The position numbers were made by a program, and so were the translations under genes. Positions 57,020 to 64,000 of a stretch of DNA of 64,000 nt are shown here, piece by piece. The notes below the pieces were generated by a model. It was given only the letters and a program-made list of their open reading frames with translations. It made no database searches and was not told the DNA's origin. The DNA lies in the NCBI GenBank assembly GCA_977862235.1, contig OZ374560.1, positions 2,790,001 through 2,854,000 on the forward strand. The letters run 5' to 3'. Numbering within the stretch: the first letter of the stretch is position 1; each line of letters starts with the position of its first letter. Origin of the DNA: Dudresnaya verticillata (lineage: Eukaryota).

Positions 57020-60000
57020 CTAGTGACTTTCTAGTTTCTGGAGTAGTGTGATTGCGGCTCGTTGAGCAAAATCCTCGTTCGCCTCTTCGCGGTCATTCCG
57101 AATACCAACAAACGAGCTTAAACGCCCGGCCAAGTCAGCAATTTTCGTTGATGGCGATTGACTCTGTCGTTCGTATTCGAAAAACCCTCTCCTCCTGAAA
57201 AGATCGCTATTCTCTCCATGGAAAACATCCATCGCCTTCTGACACTCTTCGACCGAGAGTTTGTAGAACAACGGGAAAATCAAGGGAGGTTTCTCGCCTC
57301 TTCCAACCGCCTCATCCGTCCGCTTGAAGAATTCTTCCAGCTCTAGCATAGGCCACTTGCGAGCCAGGAACTCTGGTGACAGTATGAATATTGCAGCTCT
57401 GCTCCCTCGAATTGCAGCCATAATTTGGTCCTTATTCGTCTTTGTGGATACCTCGAGGCTTTTCTCATCTAAGAAACAACTGACCTTTGTGCCCATTGCA
57501 TTCATTACCGGCACGGCGAGGCACCCCTTCTCGCTCCCTGCGTGGCTGATAAATACATCGAAAGGTCTTGCAGCTAGTCGCACGTCAACAGGACGCGGAC
57601 CTGAGCCCGCACTTGCTCCTTTGAGGATGTGCAGCTTCAATCGCTTGAAAGTCCAAAGCTGCTCGCAAACGCAAGTGCCTTCTGCTGGGTCCAGTGGCTG
57701 GCACTGCGTACTTGTTACCCAACTCCGACGGATACCCAACTGCACGCTACTGGAACTTCCACACCCCCCGCGCAATTCCTTAGGGCAGTCGGTGATCAGA
57801 TAGTCTTTCCAGCTTGCATTGGTCCCATGCAGTGGTCCCTTCAAAAAACTTTCCATGCCCCGCAAACACTGGTGCGCAACCTGCACTGCTTCATCGGCAT
57901 CCGCCCTTATAGTCCAGTCGATCCATCTCTTTTCTGGAATAAAGCGAACCACGACTCTGCATGCTCCCGCAAGGGCCAGGATGACGGCATCTTGACGAAG
58001 CTCGGGCGGTTTTGTCCGCTCTCTTCCAATGGTTCGGTGAAGGTACGCGATCAGTGACCCTGTCAGACTTGGCGGAATGGTATCAACAAACTCTGTTCGC
58101 AAAATTAGTTCACTCTCTCCATCCTTTGTGTCACACGAGAACCCTTCCCAACCCTTTGGCAGCAGTGAAGGTATCCCGATTAGCTCGTTCTGTTCACCGT
58201 CCGCTCCTTCCACAGCCTGAAGGCGCATGATGATGTCAAATTGACAAAGAATGTCAAGCATGACTTTTCGGACAGCCGATGGGTATTTACACCACAGTGC
58301 CTCCAGTGCTTCACGGGGTATCAACCCATTCCGATAACCGTCTGCTTCATGCTGTCCCAGAGTCTGTAAAGTCCTTTCAAACTCTTTCGCTTCTTCTTCA
58401 CCCAGTCTTTCTCGCATAAACTCAGCCGGGCCCGTGACCTGCCGAATAAAGTCCAGAATAACTGTTGGATCTGGGAACACGAACCATCCCTCGCCCGTCT
58501 GCACTTCTACGATATGGCCCTGCTGACTCTGGAATTGGATGCATTTCTCAACGTCGGCTTCTCTCTCCTCCTTGTCACTAGAGAATCCGGGAAGTCTGGC
58601 AGCATGGCTCTGAACTTCTGTCATTTCCAGAAAGACCTTTTGGCTTTCAGTGGCGTGTGACCAAATGGCTTCCCTGAGGGCAGCCCATCGAACTGGAACT
58701 CGTTCCCTTCCGTCCAGAATGTCTTCACTCGCTTCCTTGATAAACTTCTCTAGTTCCACAACGCCTGACCCGGCACGGTCTTGTTCAGCACTGCTGTTCT
58801 TGTTCTCGATGGCAACCCACCGACACTTGTATTTGTCGACATCGCCCTTCTCACGTACCCAATCATTGTAGACAGCCCTTCCAAGATGCTTTCGCAGTTT
58901 TTGTCGCAGCTGCTGAAACAAGTCTTCAGGGCTTTCAACTTCTGCCTTCCTGGTTCCCACCAGGATCACCCAAACGTTTTTCGGGGTTTGCGAAGACGTA
59001 TGTGCCATTTGCATCCAGTTGCATAGTTCCAACACTTCGTCCTCTTGGGTGACTTCTGACGCAAACCTTTTCAGGTCTACCACGAAAACAAAAATGGAAG
59101 CGCGGCGGATGAAGATTGCGGGAACACTGAGATACTCTGCCTGACCCCCAAGGTCCCAGCATTGCACCAACGCAGCGCGATGGTCCTCAGGAAAAACGTT
59201 ACTCAAGAGCCCTTGTCGTGCTGCTTCCCAAATGGGAGACGCTTGGGAGTTTATAGACTGCGAAGCAGCAATACTGGGCGGAGCTGGTGGTTGTTGAGCA
59301 GTGGTATGGCTGCTTGCCAATGTGTCTCCACTCTGGGGAACGGTCCTCTTGGTCGGAGGAGCTCGGTTGGGCCAAGTGGGGAGTTTAAGGCGGAATCTTG
59401 CGGTGGATTTTTCACTCGGCCGCGATGATGCATCAGTTGCCGTGGGCAGCCGGAACAATGTAGCTCTTGACATGAGGGCATGCAAGGCCTCACTGTTGAA
59501 GGCGAGCTGGTTGACAATGTCATCGTCCAACTTGGGGCCGCCGGGGACAACAAGAGTGCGACTCAGCGACACAAAGTGTGTCGGCTGGTGGGTGGCAACG
59601 AAGGGCATGGAGCGCAGGCTCCTTACCGTGCTTGTCTTGCCGCGTGCCGCACCGCCGAGAACAAGAAGAAAGCACTGCCGTGGCTTTGCTGTGGCGGTCT
59701 TGAGGGTGTTTTCAACAAGTGTGCTAGTGTCACCGATGTGGCTAAGAAGGTATTGCCATTGGCTGCCGAAGACTTTAAGCTCAAGAGGCGTTACCTGTTG
59801 ATGCGCTACTTGTTGATGCAGTTGGGCTGCTGTTTGCTCATCGCTAGCAACACCGACATCTCCGCGGGCAAGCAATGTGGCGAGCTCATAGAGTGCGACG
59901 CGGGTGCGATGGAGTTCGATTGAGCGTTGGAAGAGGTTCTTCGCGCGCGGCGGATCGCGCGCGTCTCCGATATGATTGGACAAAAGCGCTTGGCCCAACC

Positions 60001-60979
60001 AAACCATATAAATTGGGGCCCTCTCGTGACCGCTGTCGCAGGCGCGTTGGAGCAGTTCGACGCCGCGCGGAACGTCTCGCGGAACATCGATTTCGCCGCT
60101 CAGCAGCAATTTGCCCAAATTGGACATTGCGATGACATTTTCGCCCTCCGCGATGGCGCGGTCGTACAGCGCAGCGGCGCGCGGAGCGTCTTTGGCGACG
60201 CCGTCGCCGTTTGCGAGGAGAACGCCCAAATTGACCATTGCGTCCACATTCGCAAACTCTGCAACGGCTCGTTCTAACAGCGCAGCGGCGCGCGGAGCGT
60301 CTTTGGCGACGCCGTCGCCGCTTTCGAGGAGAAAGCCCAAATTGACCATTGCGTCCACATTCGCAAACTCTGCAACGGCTCGTTCGAACAGCGCAGCGGC
60401 GCGCGGAGCGTCTTTGGCGACGCCGTCGCCGCGTCTGAGGAGAACGCCCAAATTGGACATTGCGACGGCATTTTCGCCCTCCGCGATGGCGCGCTCGAAC
60501 AGCGCAGCGGCGCGCGGAGCGTCTATGGCGACGCCGTCACCGGTTGCGAGGAGAAGGCCCAAATTGACCATTGCGTTCACAATCGCAAACTCTGCAACGG
60601 CTCGTTCGTACAGCGCTGCCGCGCGCTTTGTGTCTTTGACAAAACCGCGCGATCCGTTATCGAGACGCAGTCCGAGATTGAACAGCGACACCCCGCGCGG
60701 ATCTCGCGCGTTGGCGCGCTCGACCAGCTCCGCGGCGCGGCGCTCGTCCTTGGGCACTCCCACGGCACCTTCCTTCAGCAACAGTGCAAGGCCATGCCGC
60801 GCTTCGTCATGGTCGCCCTCATCAATCGCTCGCTCGAGCAAGGCGACGGCTCGCAAAGGCAGAACGGGCCCTCCATCTGATGCGTCCCAAAACGCAAAGG
60901 CGAGTGCAACCATGTCGTGGACGTCGGCATTGTCGTCGATAGCTTGGCGAAGGGCAAGGCGCTGCGGTGTGGCATCCAT
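57020..60979 (-). CDS. Sel1-repeat/ROC/COR/TIR protein, copy C (1319 aa, three extra Sel1 units)
   Basis: ATG at 60979, same architecture as copy B, four GDGVA-type 37-aa repeats, and TIR FDVFISHAG...WPMLELEE. Confidence 0.93.
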   Translation of the reverse strand: MDATPQRLALRQAIDDNADVHDMVALAFAFWDASDGGPVLPLRAVALLERAIDEGDHDEARHGLALLLKEGAVGVPKDERRAAELVERANARDPRGVSLFNLGLRLDNGSRGFVKDTKRAAALYERAVAEFAIVNAMVNLGLLLATGDGVAIDAPRAAALFERAIAEGENAVAMSNLGVLLRRGDGVAKDAPRAAALFERAVAEFANVDAMVNLGFLLESGDGVAKDAPRAAALLERAVAEFANVDAMVNLGVLLANGDGVAKDAPRAAALYDRAIAEGENVIAMSNLGKLLLSGEIDVPRDVPRGVELLQRACDSGHERAPIYMVWLGQALLSNHIGDARDPPRAKNLFQRSIELHRTRVALYELATLLARGDVGVASDEQTAAQLHQQVAHQQVTPLELKVFGSQWQYLLSHIGDTSTLVENTLKTATAKPRQCFLLVLGGAARGKTSTVRSLRSMPFVATHQPTHFVSLSRTLVVPGGPKLDDDIVNQLAFNSEALHALMSRATLFRLPTATDASSRPSEKSTARFRLKLPTWPNRAPPTKRTVPQSGDTLASSHTTAQQPPAPPSIAASQSINSQASPIWEAARQGLLSNVFPEDHRAALVQCWDLGGQAEYLSVPAIFIRRASIFVFVVDLKRFASEVTQEDEVLELCNWMQMAHTSSQTPKNVWVILVGTRKAEVESPEDLFQQLRQKLRKHLGRAVYNDWVREKGDVDKYKCRWVAIENKNSSAEQDRAGSGVVELEKFIKEASEDILDGRERVPVRWAALREAIWSHATESQKVFLEMTEVQSHAARLPGFSSDKEEREADVEKCIQFQSQQGHIVEVQTGEGWFVFPDPTVILDFIRQVTGPAEFMRERLGEEEAKEFERTLQTLGQHEADGYRNGLIPREALEALWCKYPSAVRKVMLDILCQFDIIMRLQAVEGADGEQNELIGIPSLLPKGWEGFSCDTKDGESELILRTEFVDTIPPSLTGSLIAYLHRTIGRERTKPPELRQDAVILALAGACRVVVRFIPEKRWIDWTIRADADEAVQVAHQCLRGMESFLKGPLHGTNASWKDYLITDCPKELRGGCGSSSSVQLGIRRSWVTSTQCQPLDPAEGTCVCEQLWTFKRLKLHILKGASAGSGPRPVDVRLAARPFDVFISHAGSEKGCLAVPVMNAMGTKVSCFLDEKSLEVSTKTNKDQIMAAIRGSRAAIFILSPEFLARKWPMLELEEFFKRTDEAVGRGEKPPLIFPLFYKLSVEECQKAMDVFHGENSDLFRRRGFFEYERQSQSPSTKIADLAGRLSSFVGIRNDREEANEDFAQRAAITLLQKLESH

Positions 60980-62273
60980 GTCGGCAGGAGCGGGCGGTCG
61001 AGCGGGTGGAGGCGGTTGGAGATGGGATGGTTGGGGTGTGTGTGTCGGGAGCGAGTGCGCCAAGCGCACGGCGCTATTTATGCCGCGATGAAAGTTGCAA
61101 GTGGGACGGCGGGAGGTGTTGCAGCGCGGCGTGGGCGGCGGTGTGCCGCGCGGCGGAGCTGTTTGGAGCGGATGTTGTAAAAGTCGAAAGGCGCGTTGTC
61201 ACGTCAGAGCACAGTGCACGTGTATTTGGCGCTTGCGCCGATTGGCGCTCTGCGAGATGTTTCGGCCACGCACAAACGACGTCATCGCTACACCCCTGTC
61301 ATACACGGCGCGGCAGCGGCCGTGACGGCGAGACTGCGCAACGGTTTGGTGGGCACGAAATGCTGGCGGTGGATGACGGATGGGATTGCGAGACTGAGCT
61401 GAGCGGCGGAGCGCGAGACTGCAGCGGTACGATGACGATGTTTGGGAGTGGTCAAAAGATCCCACAGTGAGCCAATCCGCGCAGGCGCCAAATACATGTG
61501 CACCGCGCTGCGATGAAGGAAGGCTCGCGACTCTGTTGTAAGGGCTGCAGCGATGACGACGGTTAGCGGCGAAGGCCAAGTTTCCCTCCTCTTGGTCTAC
61601 TTGGCATTGCCTGCTATGATTTTTATCTCCCCGCCCCATTAATCGCGACCAGGACGACTATTTCTTCGGTCGTAGACGAAGTAGGGCGAGGTACAGAATA
61701 GTTCTATTGCGGGGCTCGGTCGGAATCCGCACTAGCGGAGAACAGTTCTTTCACGCTGCCGTGGCTATTCCTCCAGGATACGACGTGTTAAACAGGATTG
61801 AGCACGAGCTCTCCCCTTTTAAGGAAGCCACTGCAGTTTTGACGGTCTTGAAACCGCATATGAAGATGCTCCTATGGCCAAAATGAGAGTACGTTGGCGA
61901 TAAAAGAGCGAAGACCAACAAGTCATTTGGCCAGTTCAAAGATAAAGATTGTTGTTCGAATTGGGGTATTTCTAACGTTTAGGTGCCTTCTATCGCATTT
62001 CCGATGATATGTTTCGCTATCCATTCCAATTGAGTGACTGAAGGAAAGATGCTTGTGAATCTTAAACGAGGCACCGACAACTTCACTACTAACTCGGTTC
62101 AGCTGCTCCGGTTTGATTACTACAACAGTCAAAACGGCAGGGTTAGACTATTTCACGACTGGTCTAGTTACAGTCTCCCCGATAACTACGATGCCGGATT
62201 ATCGCGGATCACAAACAACGACTTATAACTGTACCCCTCCTCTCCCTGTTTTCGGGAATCGTGTGCTTTCCAT

Positions 62274-62945
62274 CTAGGTAGTCATACGTTGCAATAGCCT
62301 CAAGCTGCCCTTTTTCTGACATGTACTGACGTTGTTGATAGACTTCCCATTTGTCTTTAAGGTAGGTTTCGTAACCGTCTGCAGCGCTTCCAATATTATC
62401 AAAAGTTGCGTGGAGAGAGTTCTTCCATTTACCGGAATACAGAATAGGCCTGAAACCGTATCTACTACCACGTTGCTGTTCTTGAGTTTATGTCTCATTG
62501 TGTATTCAATACCATAGATACGAGAATTGCTCGTGACCTGAAATTCCATCGCGTGGTAAGAAGACTCTGTGCTCCCCTCATCTGTAGGGTCCCCAACGGT
62601 TCTGCCTTTAATCGTATCGCTCGGAAGATGGGCTGTATCCCCGTTCCAAATGTACGGAAAGTCCAGCTCAATGTCGAGGTCCGATTCATGCACTATGAGC
62701 ATGTTGATGGTAGCTATTGCTCCCAATATGAAAATAACAGCCACCGGATGCTTCAGTAGAGACTTTGTCAGTTTCTTAACAGCTTTTTTAAAGCCCTTGC
62801 CGACGGCTTTTCTAGAAACTGATGCTGCAGTCTCAACGCTGTCCCCCGCTATCATACGTTTCGTGAATGTCGACATCAACTTAAATCCAGCCCGTACGCA
62901 TGTATTTGTCAACTCCCATACATCTTTGGACACATTTCCGTCCAA
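62274..62945 (-). CDS. Hypothetical protein (223 aa), possibly part of a larger broken gene
   Basis: Long non-repetitive ORF in AT-richer DNA, with an amphipathic Lys-rich stretch and one hydrophobic segment. No family recognised. Confidence 0.35.
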   Translation of the reverse strand: MDGNVSKDVWELTNTCVRAGFKLMSTFTKRMIAGDSVETAASVSRKAVGKGFKKAVKKLTKSLLKHPVAVIFILGAIATINMLIVHESDLDIELDFPYIWNGDTAHLPSDTIKGRTVGDPTDEGSTESSYHAMEFQVTSNSRIYGIEYTMRHKLKNSNVVVDTVSGLFCIPVNGRTLSTQLLIILEALQTVTKPTLKTNGKSINNVSTCQKKGSLRLLQRMTT

Positions 62946-64000
62946 TTCCTTGAACGCTTTAGAGAAAGCGTACCAAACGTCTTGGCGATATTAGCAACCT
63001 GTTCGGCAAGAACAGATTTTCCCAGCACAAATACACCAAGCCTGAACAACGCATCTGGAATTCGAACAACGCATCTGGAATTCCAACGGAAACCATATAC
63101 GAAAGAGGTATGTTGAAAACGACCGTATCACTAATGCCATTGGTTTCGATATACGTTAATGCAGGTTCTATATCATCAAAGGCTTGTGTGATGTTATGCT
63201 ATGATCATGTGACGTGATAATCAAGAAATTAGCCAAACCACTTTTGCTAGAGGAAGTAGGGCTATGTGACGCCACAGCTACCATCCCCATCGAATGACAT
63301 ATATATTTAATAGAACGGGGTGACTAGTACTATCAACCTTTCTTTAGGAAACATGCTCTTCCTAGGGAAAGATTCGTGGTGGATCAACAGATATTGAGTC
63401 CCCCTTTACTGTTTTGCATGTTCGTACATGTGTGTAGGAGAGTGCGTGTTGCATCGAGACGTGTTTTCATTGGTCACGATTGGGGTCTTAGGTACCGTTC
63501 TGAAATGCTACTGGTAGGCTTTCAAAGCGATAAAAAAAGTTCCGAAAATCCACCAGTAATGACACGGCGGGGGCTTTGACACTGAGGGAAGCATCACTTT
63601 AACCAAGGCGTACCAGGAGGTCCCATCAGGGGACGAGACTACGACGAAGGACTGAGGTGCTGAGACGGAGCTGACGGTTCACAGCAAGGGCTACATGTTG
63701 GAGCACAACCAAAACTAGACGAGATGGAGACCTTATGCACTAGACGAGTGAGGAGAGAATTCTTCTCAACAAGCGGATTCGAGCCCTTCTTGCCCGTGAA
63801 AAAGCCAGTAAGTGTTTGCAGTCCAGAATGAAAGCTGATTCCAACTAGACTGTAGATCTACCGGTAGATATTCACTACTAACGGATGAATGGTGATGCCA
63901 TGAACAGGGCAAATATCATGATAGTGGCCGCCCTTAGCACGCTCGCGAGCGGCAAGGGCCTGCCCAGAAACAACGCCAGACGAGCTTGAATGAGAATGAG

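Noticed and set aside
60100..60690. Diversity-generating retroelement as the source of the hypervariable codons
   Set aside because: No invariant template repeat or DGR-type RT is present, and third-position A is fixed in one variable codon, which contradicts adenine-specific mutagenesis.
60111..61091. Long plus-strand ORFs antisense to the Sel1 repeats (also 52357-53004, 27806-28576)
   Set aside because: Shadow frames of GC-rich repetitive coding sequence with no independent motifs.

Overview
Eukaryotic, repeat-rich, intron-poor DNA. A red-algal origin is inferred from gene style and element types, not proven. The core is a cluster of intronless minus-strand genes encoding Sel1-repeat + ROC GTPase + COR + C-terminal TIR proteins. 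Two copies are intact (49278-52892, 57020-60979), one is full length with two nonsense codons (11497-15183), and at least four relics remain. The paralogs differ in the number of 111-bp Sel1 units, in three hypervariable codons per unit, and in COR/TIR modules swapped at sharp breakpoints, the pattern expected of a rapidly diversifying innate-immune receptor family. Around it lie nested Ty3/Gypsy LTR elements (one with a -1 gag-pol frameshift signal, one chromovirus), many 3' stubs of an RLE-type non-LTR retrotransposon, and a tRNA-derived SINE sharing its 3' tail with two truncated LINE ends. A 31-35 bp sequence is inserted with target-site duplications at two unrelated sites. There are also local segmental duplications and several decayed genes (Cys-rich/VWD-like secreted protein, P450, HMGL-like).
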